This document shows, piece after piece, positions 30,309-40,004 of a stretch of DNA of 64,000 bases. The stretch covers positions 4,740 to 68,739 of the forward strand of contig JAKUUI010000006.1 of NCBI GenBank assembly GCA_022448485.1. Reading direction: 5' to 3'. The notes beneath the pieces are model-generated. The model was not told where the DNA came from, ran no database searches, and worked only from the letters and a program-made list of their open reading frames with translations. The first letter of the stretch is position 1; each line of letters starts with the position of its first letter. A program made the position numbers and the translations under genes. The DNA is from SAR324 cluster bacterium (GTDB lineage: Bacteria > SAR324 > NAC60-12).

Positions 30309-31304
30309 TCAGTCATTTTTTTTCACCACCCCTTTGTCCGGATCAAGCAAGATTGTGCGTTTTTTCCCTAAATTGCGTATTTTCAAGACCAAACTACCTT
30401 CAGCTATATCATCAAATCCCTCGCCATCCATGAAGGCACGTATGGTGATAAGGCCTTTGAATCCCGGGTCTTCTAGACGCGTCGGATCAATTTCCACCAA
30501 AACACGAGCGAATCCTTTTTCATTCAACAAAAACCGTTTCGGCAGACGGATTCCGTTGTAATCACTTTCAAATAACACCAGGCCGCTGCGTTCGAGAATC
30601 TTGCCGCTGACATTGTTTTGAATCTGAACACTGAACTCCAGCTGTTTTGATTTTTCATTCCGAAAGTCCAGCTCATAAACGTCAGTTTTAAGATACAATA
30701 AATTCGGAATTGGCCCCACTTTTTTTGTTAAATCATCAGTTCGTCCAAAGTCTGGCAACCATTGACCTGGATTAAGAATTGTGCTGGAAGAGAGATTGCT
30801 GACTTCTAACTGACCCTCAGTCAAGGAAACGGTGGCATTATTGTTGTTATCGGTGATGCGAAGCGAGGTTCCTTTGACACCAATCAGGGCTGTTGGCGTA
30901 CGGATTTTGGTGCGCTGAAGACCTTTCAGGAAACGTCCGCGTAAAGAACCCCTTTTGAGAGTCAACTGATATTTAAATGTACGCCTGCTGGTGGATTGTT
31001 CCTCAGATAAATTCAAAACGATTTCTGAATTTTGGAACAAGCGGACGCGGGAACCGTCTCTGTATTCAACAGTAGCTTTGGATTCTTCTGAGGTTCGGAC
31101 TTGATCTCCGGCATGGAGCAGCATTCCGTCATTGCCACGTCGTCCTCTTGGTGATTTAGCGGTTACTGCTTCCACATTTCCTTCTACCTGGAGAAGTGTG
31201 GCAATAGCGGGAGCTTTATCTTGAGCAGAAACTAATGAGGCAGATAAGCTTAAACTGAAGGCAGTGATTATAAGCAGGCAATTGAAGGGAAAGAATATTC
31301 TCAT
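30309..31304 (-). CDS. Secreted FecR-domain protein (hypothetical)
   Basis: 331 aa with signal peptide MRIFFPFNCLLIITAFSLSLSASLVSA. FecR-like patterns are present (GNVEAV...LLHAGDQVRTSEESKATVEYRDGSRVRL and IRTPTALIGVKGTSLRI...VSLTEGQLEV). Confidence 0.7.
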   Translation of the reverse strand: MRIFFPFNCLLIITAFSLSLSASLVSAQDKAPAIATLLQVEGNVEAVTAKSPRGRRGNDGMLLHAGDQVRTSEESKATVEYRDGSRVRLFQNSEIVLNLSEEQSTSRRTFKYQLTLKRGSLRGRFLKGLQRTKIRTPTALIGVKGTSLRITDNNNNATVSLTEGQLEVSNLSSSTILNPGQWLPDFGRTDDLTKKVGPIPNLLYLKTDVYELDFRNEKSKQLEFSVQIQNNVSGKILERSGLVLFESDYNGIRLPKRFLLNEKGFARVLVEIDPTRLEDPGFKGLITIRAFMDGEGFDDIAEGSLVLKIRNLGKKRTILLDPDKGVVKKND

Positions 31305-31381
31305 AAAATTTCTCTCATGTCCTTGTCAAACATCAGAAACTAACAAAGTGAGAAATATAGTAAAACCAACAACTCGATCAA

Positions 31382-32380
31382 CTAACCAGCTTCCAATACT
31401 TCCGCAATCTGTATCGAGTTAAGGGCGGCACCTTTATTGAGGTTATCTGCAACAACCCAGAAAGTAAGACCTTTTGGATGAGAAAAATCCTCTCTGATTC
31501 TTCCCACAAAAGTTTCGACTGTTTCGTCAACATCCCAAGGCATGGGGTATCCACCGTTTGCAGGTTCATCACGTACAATTAATCCCGGAGACTTTTTAAG
31601 AATTTCCCTTGCTTCTTCCGGAGTAATTTTTTTTTCAGTTTCTATCCAGACTGCTTCTGAATGTGACCTCAATACAGGAACTCTCACACAGGTTGCGGAA
31701 ATTCCCATATTAGGAGCATTCATAATCTTTTTTGTTTCGTTAATCATTTTCATCTCTTCCTTGGTGTATCCGTTTTCCATAAAAATGTCTACATGTGGGA
31801 AGAGATTAAATAAAATTTGTGATGGGAATGATGAAACCTCCAAGGCTTCTCCATTTGCCCAGGCACGTGTCTGATTAAGAAGTTCGTTCATTCCTTTTGC
31901 GCCGGCGCCTGCAGTGGATTGATATGTGGAAACTACAACACGCTTAATCTCTGCCGCCTTGTGCAGCGGATTCAAGGCAACCACCATCTGAATGGTTGAG
32001 CAGTTTGGATTGGCGATTATACCTTTGTGTTTGAAAGCCGTTTGCGGATTGATTTCCGGGACCACCAAAGGTACATCCGGATCCATTCTGAATGCACTGC
32101 TGTTGTCAATAACAACAGTTCCTGATTCCACGGCATGTGGAATATACACTTTGCTACTTTCGCGACCAGCGGAAAAAAATGCCAGGTCAACCCCACTGAA
32201 AGATTTTGAGGTCAATTGCTCAACCGGAATTTTCTCACCTCGGTATTCCAGCTTCTTTCCAATTGAACGAGCGGAAGCAAGCAGTCTTAAGTTTTTTACG
32301 GGGAAGTCGCGTGCTTCTAAAAGTTTTAGAAATTCATTACCTACAGCACCGGTTGCCCCGGCAATTACAACATTCTTCAA
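31382..32380 (-). CDS. asd: Aspartate-semialdehyde dehydrogenase
   Basis: 332 aa with NAD motif GATGAVG and the active-site context IANPNCSTIQ. Confidence 0.93.
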   Translation of the reverse strand: MKNVVIAGATGAVGNEFLKLLEARDFPVKNLRLLASARSIGKKLEYRGEKIPVEQLTSKSFSGVDLAFFSAGRESSKVYIPHAVESGTVVIDNSSAFRMDPDVPLVVPEINPQTAFKHKGIIANPNCSTIQMVVALNPLHKAAEIKRVVVSTYQSTAGAGAKGMNELLNQTRAWANGEALEVSSFPSQILFNLFPHVDIFMENGYTKEEMKMINETKKIMNAPNMGISATCVRVPVLRSHSEAVWIETEKKITPEEAREILKKSPGLIVRDEPANGGYPMPWDVDETVETFVGRIREDFSHPKGLTFWVVADNLNKGAALNSIQIAEVLEAG

Positions 32381-32466
32381 TTTAATTTTTCTCGTTTATG
32401 ATTAATTAAGATTATGAAATAAAAAACATTTGGTACAAATTGCTTTACTGATACATGAGCATTTTT

Positions 32467-33081
32467 TTAACTACTTAGATTGGTGCCGCTACCATCTAAA
32501 ATGTTTTCAGCCTGCTGCTGCTTAAAGTGTTTTCTGCATACTGAAACATAAATGTCATTGCCCCCAATCTTAACCTGATCACCAGAACTCATCGGCTTCC
32601 CATTTTCATCAAGACGCAATACCATACCTGCTTTTTTGCCACAGTGACAGATAGTTTTAATCTCCACCAATTCATCTGCCCATGCCAGTAAATTGAGACT
32701 TCCTTCAAATAACTCACCTCTGAAATCAGTACGCAATCCGTAGGCCAACACGGGAATTCCCAGTTCGTCAACTATTTCACACAAAGAAAAAACCTGATCT
32801 TTTGTCAAAAATTGAGCTTCGTCAAGCAAGACACAACTCAGTTTCGTATGTTGGTCTGTTTTCTCAGTTAGTGCGAACAAATCGTCTTCTGCCTCAAAAC
32901 TGACTGCATCCGACTCAAGACCGATACGAGATCGTACGCTGATGGCAGCGTGACGATCGTCAACTTTTGGTTTGAGAACCAGTGTGTTCATTCCACGCTC
33001 ACGGTAGTTATAAGCCGACTGGATGAGGGTCGTGGTTTTTCCAGCGTTCATTGCGGAATAGTAAAAATACAGCTTTGCCAT
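32467..33081 (-). CDS. tdk: Thymidine kinase
   Basis: 204 aa with P-loop SAMNAGKTT and zinc-ribbon cysteines (CHCGKKA ... CRKH). Confidence 0.93.
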   Translation of the reverse strand: MAKLYFYYSAMNAGKTTTLIQSAYNYRERGMNTLVLKPKVDDRHAAISVRSRIGLESDAVSFEAEDDLFALTEKTDQHTKLSCVLLDEAQFLTKDQVFSLCEIVDELGIPVLAYGLRTDFRGELFEGSLNLLAWADELVEIKTICHCGKKAGMVLRLDENGKPMSSGDQVKIGGNDIYVSVCRKHFKQQQAENILDGSGTNLSS

Positions 33082-33284
33082 CTGTAATGGTGAAAAAATG
33101 ATGGTCTAAATAAAAGTCACCATTCACATCAGCAAAGGAATGGCATTTGAAATATTATGCTCAATTTTTTAAGCCGATCAAAAACTGAGCAATTATAGCA
33201 ATTAAGAAGAAAAAAATAAAGGCAGGAATTACATGAATATTATTTGGAAGGGGCAAGGCACGCTTGTTGCTCATATTATAAAGA

Positions 33285-33384
33285 CCCCGGAGAGTGGCTC
33301 CGCCACTTGAATCCATAAGCGAATTCATGAATTAAAATCCTGAGCCTAACATGACCTGGGATTTATTCCATATTCACTCCGGGG
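33285..33384. other. Candidate structured RNA or MITE-like element closed by a GC-rich 8-bp inverted repeat
   Basis: CCCCGGAG (33285-33292) pairs with CTCCGGGG (33377-33384). Inside are the hairpins AGTGG-ctccg-CCACT (33293-33307) and AAATCC-N18-GGATTT (33335-33364), plus the palindrome AATTCATGAATT (33322-33333). Strand and class are unknown. Confidence 0.35.
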
Positions 33385-33636
33385 CGTGACCTCAAAAGAT
33401 ACAGACATCCCCCACAGATTTCAAGCAGGAATTGTAAAAAAAATATTTTTTTTGAAATATTTTTTTGCTAACCGGCGAACTATTTATATCTTTTGATTCC
33501 ACCCATCTGATTTTTATATTTTTATTGCTGTTTCAGTTTTTTTTAAAAAAATTGAGCAAGTAAAAAAAATAATTATTTAAAATTTCCTCTCTAAAAATTG
33601 CTTTTATCTTCTGCAAAAATTTCGCTTGAAATTTTG

Positions 33637-33663
33637 TTAGCACTCTAGTATGGTGAGTGCTAA
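33637..33663 (+). promoter_or_regulatory. CIRCE operator (HrcA binding site) overlapping the clpB promoter
   Basis: TTAGCACTC-tagtatggt-GAGTGCTAA is a perfect match to the consensus TTAGCACTC-N9-GAGTGCTAA. It lies 31 nt upstream of the clpB ATG. A possible -35 TTGAAA (33626-33631) and -10 TATGGT (33649-33654) have 17-nt spacing. Confidence 0.9.
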
Positions 33664-33693
33664 AAGTAATTCAGCTGCAAAAATAAAAGCATT

Positions 33694-36315
33694 ATGGAAG
33701 CACAAAAATTTACAGAAAAATCTCTGTTAGCCTTAGAAAATGCACATAGTGATGCAGTACGGCGTCAGAATTCTGAGCTGTCAACGCTTCACCTTTTGCA
33801 TGCCCTTTCTTTCCAAGAAAACGGTTTGGTTCCACGGATATTTGAAAAAATGGAGCTGGATTCAGCAAAATTATCTCAGGCAGTGGAAGATTCATTGAAA
33901 GCTTTGCCGACACTCAGTGGTAGGTCTCCCGGAAGAGTGGTGCCAAGCGGTGAAATGAATCAGGCTCTTGTAAGTGCAGAAGATGAAGCAAAAAAAATGC
34001 AGGACGATTATGTTAGCGTTGAGCATCTTTTGCTGGCCTTGACCTCTGAGGGCCGCAAAGGTCCCGCAGGGAAAATTTTAGCGGAACATGGAGTAACCCG
34101 CGAACGTTTGATGAGCACAATTGAAGGTATCCGGGGCGGGCAGCGGGTAACAAGTCAGAATCCTGAAGATACATACGAGGCACTGGAAAAATATGGAGCA
34201 GATCTGAGTCAACGTGCGCGTGATGGGAAACTGGATCCGGTGATTGGTCGTGACGATGAAATCCGCAGAGTGATTCAAGTACTTTCGCGCCGTACAAAAA
34301 ATAATCCGGTTCTGATTGGAGAGCCTGGTGTGGGAAAGACTGCAATTGCAGAAGGCTTGGCACAACGCATTGTGCGCAACGATGTACCGGATAGTTTGAA
34401 AAACAAAAAGCTGGTTTCACTTGATATGGGCGCACTGATTGCTGGAGCGAAATATCGTGGTGAATTTGAAGAGCGTTTGAAAGCTGTTCTCAAAGAAGTT
34501 GTCGATTCAGATGGACACATAGTGTTGTTTATTGACGAACTGCACACAGTCGTCGGTGCCGGTAAAACTGAAGGATCAATGGACGCCGGAAATTTGCTCA
34601 AGCCCATGCTGGCACGGGGAGAACTGCATTGCATTGGTGCCACAACTCTGGATGAATATCGAAAACACATCGAAAAAGATCCGGCACTCGAACGCAGGTT
34701 TCAGCAAGTTTTGGTGGATCAGCCCACAGTTGAAGACACGATTTCAATATTACGTGGATTGAAGGAACGTTACGAAATTCATCATGGTGTTCGTATCAAA
34801 GACGTAGCACTGATAGCCGCTGCAACTCTTTCTCACCGTTATATCTCGGACCGCTTTCTTCCTGACAAAGCTATTGATTTGATGGACGAAGCAGCAGCGC
34901 GCTTACGAGTTGAAATTAACTCAATGCCTGCGGAAATGGATGAGATTTCACGGAGAATACTGCAACTGCAAATCGAAAAAGAAGCTCTGAAAAAAGAAAG
35001 CGATGCAGCTTCCAAGGAGAGGCTGAAAAAACTTTCTAAGGAGTTAGCTGAACTGCAGCATAGCTTTGACAATTTGACCCTGCAGTGGGAAAAGGAGAAG
35101 TCGGCTTTGCAGGAAATGAGTGGACTGCAGCAGGAAATTGAAGAAGTACGGCTGAAAATTGAGCGTGCACGGCAGGACTATAATTTGGAAGAGGCGGCAC
35201 GTTTGGAATATGGTGTACTTCCCGAACTGGAAAAAAGGCGGGAAAATGTACAGACTGAGGACGAAAGTTCCGAGAATCAACTGCTCAAGGAAGAAGTTGA
35301 TGCAGAGGACATTGCTGAAATTGTGGGTCATTGGACTGGAATTCCTATGCAAAAATTGATTGAGGGTGAAGGTGAAAAATTACTTCGTCTTCCAGAACAG
35401 CTGCATCATCGTGTGGTAGGACAGGATGAGGCGATTGATGTTGTTTCAGATGCAGTCATTCGAGCACGTTCAGGAATCAACGACCCAAACAGGCCGCTCG
35501 GCAGTTTTATATTTTTGGGGCCGACTGGAGTTGGAAAAACGGAACTGGCACGGGCATTGGCAGAAAATTTGTTTGATGACGAACAAAACATGGTTCGTAT
35601 TGACATGAGTGAATACATGGAAAAACATTCAGTGTCACGCCTGATTGGTGCACCTCCGGGTTACGTTGGATTTGAAGATGGAGGTCAGCTCACTGAAGCT
35701 GTTCGGCGACGGCCTTATAGTGTTTTGCTGTTTGATGAGATTGAAAAAGCGCATTATGATGTTTTCAATGTTTTGTTACAAATTCTTGACGATGGCAGAC
35801 TTACAGATTCACATGGACGCACTGTTGATTTCAAAAACACCTTGGTAATCATGACCTCAAATATCGGCAGTCAAAAATTGGTTAACCAAAAGGAGGATAA
35901 ACTTTCCAGTACTTTTCAGGAAGAACAAAAAAAAATGGTACTGCAGGAGCTCCGGCAGCATTTTCGTCCGGAATTTTTAAACCGTGTTGATGATACAGTG
36001 GTTTTTCATCCTCTACTTCAGGAACACATGAACAGTATTATAAAGATTCAACTGGAGCGGCTGAAAAAACGTTTAGCAGAGAGAAACATTTTGCTGCAGT
36101 TGTCAGAAAAAACGGTCAATTATCTTGCAGAAGTCGGCTATGACCCTGTGTATGGTGCCCGTCCACTCAAACGTGCAATTCAGAAGGAGTTGGAAACGGC
36201 ACTGGCCAGAGCTATTTTGTCAGGTGAAGTCCTTGACGGAGAAAATGTGACGGCCAATGTTTCCGCTGGAAAAATATCTTTTGCAAAGACAGATTCTGTT
36301 TCCTCTGCTGAATAA
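33694..36315 (+). CDS. clpB: ATP-dependent chaperone/disaggregase ClpB
   Basis: 873 aa with two AAA+ modules (GEPGVGKTA and GPTGVGKTE) and a long coiled-coil middle domain. Confidence 0.95.
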   Translation: MEAQKFTEKSLLALENAHSDAVRRQNSELSTLHLLHALSFQENGLVPRIFEKMELDSAKLSQAVEDSLKALPTLSGRSPGRVVPSGEMNQALVSAEDEAKKMQDDYVSVEHLLLALTSEGRKGPAGKILAEHGVTRERLMSTIEGIRGGQRVTSQNPEDTYEALEKYGADLSQRARDGKLDPVIGRDDEIRRVIQVLSRRTKNNPVLIGEPGVGKTAIAEGLAQRIVRNDVPDSLKNKKLVSLDMGALIAGAKYRGEFEERLKAVLKEVVDSDGHIVLFIDELHTVVGAGKTEGSMDAGNLLKPMLARGELHCIGATTLDEYRKHIEKDPALERRFQQVLVDQPTVEDTISILRGLKERYEIHHGVRIKDVALIAAATLSHRYISDRFLPDKAIDLMDEAAARLRVEINSMPAEMDEISRRILQLQIEKEALKKESDAASKERLKKLSKELAELQHSFDNLTLQWEKEKSALQEMSGLQQEIEEVRLKIERARQDYNLEEAARLEYGVLPELEKRRENVQTEDESSENQLLKEEVDAEDIAEIVGHWTGIPMQKLIEGEGEKLLRLPEQLHHRVVGQDEAIDVVSDAVIRARSGINDPNRPLGSFIFLGPTGVGKTELARALAENLFDDEQNMVRIDMSEYMEKHSVSRLIGAPPGYVGFEDGGQLTEAVRRRPYSVLLFDEIEKAHYDVFNVLLQILDDGRLTDSHGRTVDFKNTLVIMTSNIGSQKLVNQKEDKLSSTFQEEQKKMVLQELRQHFRPEFLNRVDDTVVFHPLLQEHMNSIIKIQLERLKKRLAERNILLQLSEKTVNYLAEVGYDPVYGARPLKRAIQKELETALARAILSGEVLDGENVTANVSAGKISFAKTDSVSSAE

Positions 36316-36322
36316 TCCACGT

Positions 36323-36339
36323 CTTCAGCAATGCTGAAG
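36323..36339 (+). terminator. Weak hairpin after clpB
   Basis: CTTCAGC-aat-GCTGAAG lies 8 nt after the stop. No clean T-run follows, so this is a low-confidence terminator. Confidence 0.3.
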
Positions 36340-36697
36340 CTAAAGTCCATTTCTTATTGAAGCATCGTTATATATTAAATTATGTTGACAATTTACAATT
36401 TAAAGTATTGAATGTTTGCTGGGCGAACTTCAGGATTTTGCTTTTCAGGGATGTGTTCTTCGAATCCCAGTTGAAAAGAGAGTGTGGAGAGCTTAAATTT
36501 TGAATAAATAAATAGTTTTGTCCAGACACTGATTTGTTTGATCATCGTGATCAACTGTCGGGGGTGTCTAGGGGGTGACTCCAAAAAGTTTTCTTTTAGC
36601 TTTTTCATCTCCTTCTTTTTATAACTTGCTAAACGCAATATCGCTATAGTAGTGAAATTGCTGTATTAGCGTTAACAATAATTAAGGGAGTAATCAA

Positions 36698-37579
36698 ATG
36701 CTTAAAAGAATAACGATATTATTTGTATCTGTTGCCTTGTCATTTTTGTGGGGTACAACAACCTTTGCTGAAGGTTCATTTGTACTTAAGCGAATTAAAG
36801 AGCGTGGTACTATAAATATGGGACATAGGGAATCTTCAGTTCCATTTGCATACATTGGTTCAGATGGAAAACCAATAGGGTACTCAATTGATCTTTGTAT
36901 GAAGGTTATTGATGCTGTTAAAAAAGAAATCGGAGTGTCAAATCTGAGGATAAACTATGTCCCAGTCACTTCACAGACTCGAATTGCCCTTATGGCGAAT
37001 GGGACAATAGATATAGAATGTGGTTCAACAACCAACAATCTAACTCGTCAGAAACAAGTGGACTATCTGCCGGTAACATTTATAACTGGTACCAAAATCG
37101 CTTCTAAGAAAGGTTCAGGAATTACTGAAATAGAAGACTTGGATGGCAAGACAATCGGTCTTTCTTTGGGTACTACCAATGAAAAAGCCGTCAAACGTGA
37201 GGCAGCTAGACTGGGGATAAAAATCAGGACCATAATGGTTAAAGATCATCCGCAAGGTTGGTTAGCCCTTGAATCTGGTCGCGCAGATGCGTATGCCTCA
37301 GATCATGTATTGTTATACGGACTGATTTCTAAATCAAAGAACCCAAGCCAATTTCAAGTTACTGGACGATTCTTGAGTTATGATCCGTATGGGATAATGG
37401 TACCCAGAAACGATTCTACTTATCGGCGTATTGGAATTGTGACTATAGCTGATTTAATGCGATCTGGTGAAGCTAAACAGATATACGATAAGTGGTTCAA
37501 TCCAGGCCCTACCAAAATCAATATGCCTATAAGTGACACTCTAAGAGTGGCATTTCAAATACAGGCATTACCTCACTAA
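36698..37579 (+). CDS. gltI: Glutamate/aspartate ABC transporter substrate-binding protein
   Basis: 293 aa with a signal peptide. GHRESSVPFAY, VPVTSQTRI and IECGSTTNNLTRQKQV are collinear with E. coli GltI as I recall it. Confidence 0.88.
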   Translation: MLKRITILFVSVALSFLWGTTTFAEGSFVLKRIKERGTINMGHRESSVPFAYIGSDGKPIGYSIDLCMKVIDAVKKEIGVSNLRINYVPVTSQTRIALMANGTIDIECGSTTNNLTRQKQVDYLPVTFITGTKIASKKGSGITEIEDLDGKTIGLSLGTTNEKAVKREAARLGIKIRTIMVKDHPQGWLALESGRADAYASDHVLLYGLISKSKNPSQFQVTGRFLSYDPYGIMVPRNDSTYRRIGIVTIADLMRSGEAKQIYDKWFNPGPTKINMPISDTLRVAFQIQALPH

Positions 37580-37685
37580 ATTGATAAGAAATACATAGGT
37601 GGGTTGAATTTTTAAAAAGTTTGACTCACCTTTCAAAAATACATCAACAAATAATTGAAAGTAGAAGAACCAAAGGTACTTTGAA

Positions 37686-38408
37686 ATGCAATATAACTGG
37701 GATTGGGGCGTAATATTTCGTGAACCATATCAGGAATGGATTATCTCTGGGATTGGTTGGACAATCTCGGTTTCAATTGCGGCATGGATCCTAGCCTTTT
37801 CCTTAGGGTCAATAATAGGAATTTTAAGGACAACTAATAACAGGATATCACGAAGAATCGCCACAGTATATGTTGAGATTTTTCGCAATATACCACTAAT
37901 TGTACAGATGTTTTTGTGGTATTTCGTTTTTCCAGAATTGCTTCCAAATGACGCCGGAATGTGGGTAAAGCGTGAAATGCCTATGCCTGAATTTACGACA
38001 GCAGCAGTATGTTTGGGGCTCTATACTGCTTCGCGGGTTGCTGAGCAAGTAAGGTCTGGTATACAGTCTATTGGACAAGGGCAAAATAATGCTGGATTGG
38101 CTACAGGCTTAACAACGGTGCAGGTTTATCGATACATTCTTTTGCCAGTTGGATACCGCATCATGATTCCACCATTAACGAGTGAATTTCTAACAATTTT
38201 TAAAAATTCTTCAGTAGCACTTACTATTGGAGTTCTTGAGATAACTGCACAGGCTCGACAAATTGAGGAATATACATTCCAAGGTTTCGAAGCATTCACA
38301 ACTGCGACAGTACTCTATATCCTTGTAACTTCAATAGTTATGATACTAATGAGAGTAGTTGAGGGAAGAGTTAGTATCCCAGGCATGATTTCACTGGGAG
38401 CCAAATAG
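37686..38408 (+). CDS. gltJ: Amino-acid ABC transporter permease
   Basis: 240 aa, a polar-amino-acid permease family member with the EAA-loop region (GLATGLTTVQVYRYILLP). Confidence 0.88.
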   Translation: MQYNWDWGVIFREPYQEWIISGIGWTISVSIAAWILAFSLGSIIGILRTTNNRISRRIATVYVEIFRNIPLIVQMFLWYFVFPELLPNDAGMWVKREMPMPEFTTAAVCLGLYTASRVAEQVRSGIQSIGQGQNNAGLATGLTTVQVYRYILLPVGYRIMIPPLTSEFLTIFKNSSVALTIGVLEITAQARQIEEYTFQGFEAFTTATVLYILVTSIVMILMRVVEGRVSIPGMISLGAK

Positions 38409-38409
38409 T

Positions 38410-39069
38410 ATGTTTGACCAATTCGATACAAATGTTATTTTAGAAAACTTGCACTTCCTGATTGCAGGAATGCAGCTTACTCTTTTGTTAACAGTAGCAG
38501 CTATTTGTGGTGGCTTGGTTTTGGGGACATTGCTTGCACTCGCAAGGCTATCCGGTTTTTGGATTTTATCTCTCATTTCTTCCACATACGTAAATTTTTT
38601 CCGTTCAATGCCTTTGATCCTGGTGATCTTCTGGTTTTATTTTTTGGTCCCACTTATCCTTGGTCAACCTGTTGGTGGATATTATTCTGTACTGATTGCA
38701 TTCGTTCTATTCGAAGCCGCCTATTATTGTGAAATTATCAGAGCAGGTATTCAAAGTGTTCGGAAAGGACAAGTATACGCTGGACAAGCTGTAGGTCTCA
38801 ATTATTTTCAGAATATGCGCTACATAGTTTTGCCACAAGCATTCAGGAACATGGTGCCTGTTCTACTAACCCAAGCCATTATACTTTTTCAAGATACTTC
38901 ACTTGTATATGTGGTTGGTGTTAAAGATTTCCTGGTTAGTGCAGATCTTGTAGCCAATCGAGAAAATCGTATACTTGAAATGTTCACAACTGTAGCATGC
39001 GTATATCTAATAATGTGTTTGTCAGGTTCGATCCTCATCAGAAAACTTCAGAGGAGATATGCACTATGA
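38410..39069 (+). CDS. gltK: Amino-acid ABC transporter permease
   Basis: 219 aa. The pattern EAAYYCEIIRAGIQSV...GQAVGLNYFQNMRYIVLPQA is typical. It starts 1 nt after gltJ. Confidence 0.88.
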   Translation: MFDQFDTNVILENLHFLIAGMQLTLLLTVAAICGGLVLGTLLALARLSGFWILSLISSTYVNFFRSMPLILVIFWFYFLVPLILGQPVGGYYSVLIAFVLFEAAYYCEIIRAGIQSVRKGQVYAGQAVGLNYFQNMRYIVLPQAFRNMVPVLLTQAIILFQDTSLVYVVGVKDFLVSADLVANRENRILEMFTTVACVYLIMCLSGSILIRKLQRRYAL

Positions 39070-39794
39070 TTGAACTCAGAAACGTAAGTAAATGGTATGG
39101 AGATTTTCAGGTATTAGATGATTGCAGCACGATGGTTTCAAAAGGAGAAGTCGTAGTTGTTTGTGGTCCCTCAGGATCGGGGAAATCAACGCTAATAAAG
39201 TGTGTAAACGGCCTGGAAGAATTTCAAAAAGGAGAGATTCAATTTGATGGAATTTCAGTTGGAAACAAAAAAACTGATCTCCCTAAACTTAGATCTAAAA
39301 TCGGAATGGTTTTTCAGAACTTTGAATTATACCCACATCTTTCCGTTGTGAATAACATCAAACTGGCTCAGCTCAAAGTTTTAAAACGTAGTAAAGAAGA
39401 GGCAGATCATAAAACCATACAACTTCTAGAACGCGTTGGACTTGCAGACCAATCTTTAAAATTCCCAGCCCAACTATCTGGTGGACAACAACAAAGAGTA
39501 GCTATCGCAAGAGCGCTTGCTATGGACCCAATCGCAATGCTTTTCGATGAACCAACCTCAGCACTTGATCCAGAGATGATTAACGAGGTCCTTGACGTTA
39601 TGGTAGAACTTGCAAAAGATGGAATGACCATGATGGTCGTAACTCACGAGATGGGTTTTGCTCGTCGAGTTGCTAAACGGATTATCTTCATGGACGAGGG
39701 GAGAATTGAAGAAGACTGTTCTACTGACGAATTTTTTGATAGCCAACGTGGGGTCAGAGCTGAGGCTTTCCTCTCAAAAATACTTCATCATTAA
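39066..39794 (+). CDS. gltL: Amino-acid ABC transporter ATP-binding protein
   Basis: ATG 39066 overlaps the gltK stop (ATGA). Walker A is GPSGSGKST, the signature is LSGGQQQRVAIARA, and Walker B is MLFDEPT. The ORF-track start at 38997 is an upstream out-of-context extension. Confidence 0.92.
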   Translation: MIELRNVSKWYGDFQVLDDCSTMVSKGEVVVVCGPSGSGKSTLIKCVNGLEEFQKGEIQFDGISVGNKKTDLPKLRSKIGMVFQNFELYPHLSVVNNIKLAQLKVLKRSKEEADHKTIQLLERVGLADQSLKFPAQLSGGQQQRVAIARALAMDPIAMLFDEPTSALDPEMINEVLDVMVELAKDGMTMMVVTHEMGFARRVAKRIIFMDEGRIEEDCSTDEFFDSQRGVRAEAFLSKILHH

Positions 39795-40004
39795 TCTCCG
39801 CATCATTCTATTCAAAATATTCAAATTAAATGTAATTTGTTGACTATTAATTTGGAAATATTCCCCAATTAAAACATTTTGCTCTTAGTCGAAAATAGAT
39901 TATGTGCTAAATGAGAGAATTCATTTAATTAATCGAAACTTTTAACTAAAATTTGCAATCTAATAAGAATCCTGAATTAGATTTACAGCAAAATATTTTC
40001 ACCC

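Noticed and set aside
33230-33600. A plus-strand frame starting MNIIWKGQGTLVAHIIKTPESGSAT in the tdk/clpB spacer, as another decayed gene.
   Set aside because: It has five stops in about 140 codons and no recognisable family, so it is indistinguishable from random AT-rich sequence.
39025-39034. A tRNA T-arm-like string, GGTTCGATCC.
   Set aside because: It lies inside gltK coding sequence, with no acceptor, D or anticodon arms around it. I found no tRNA, rRNA or tmRNA anywhere in the window.
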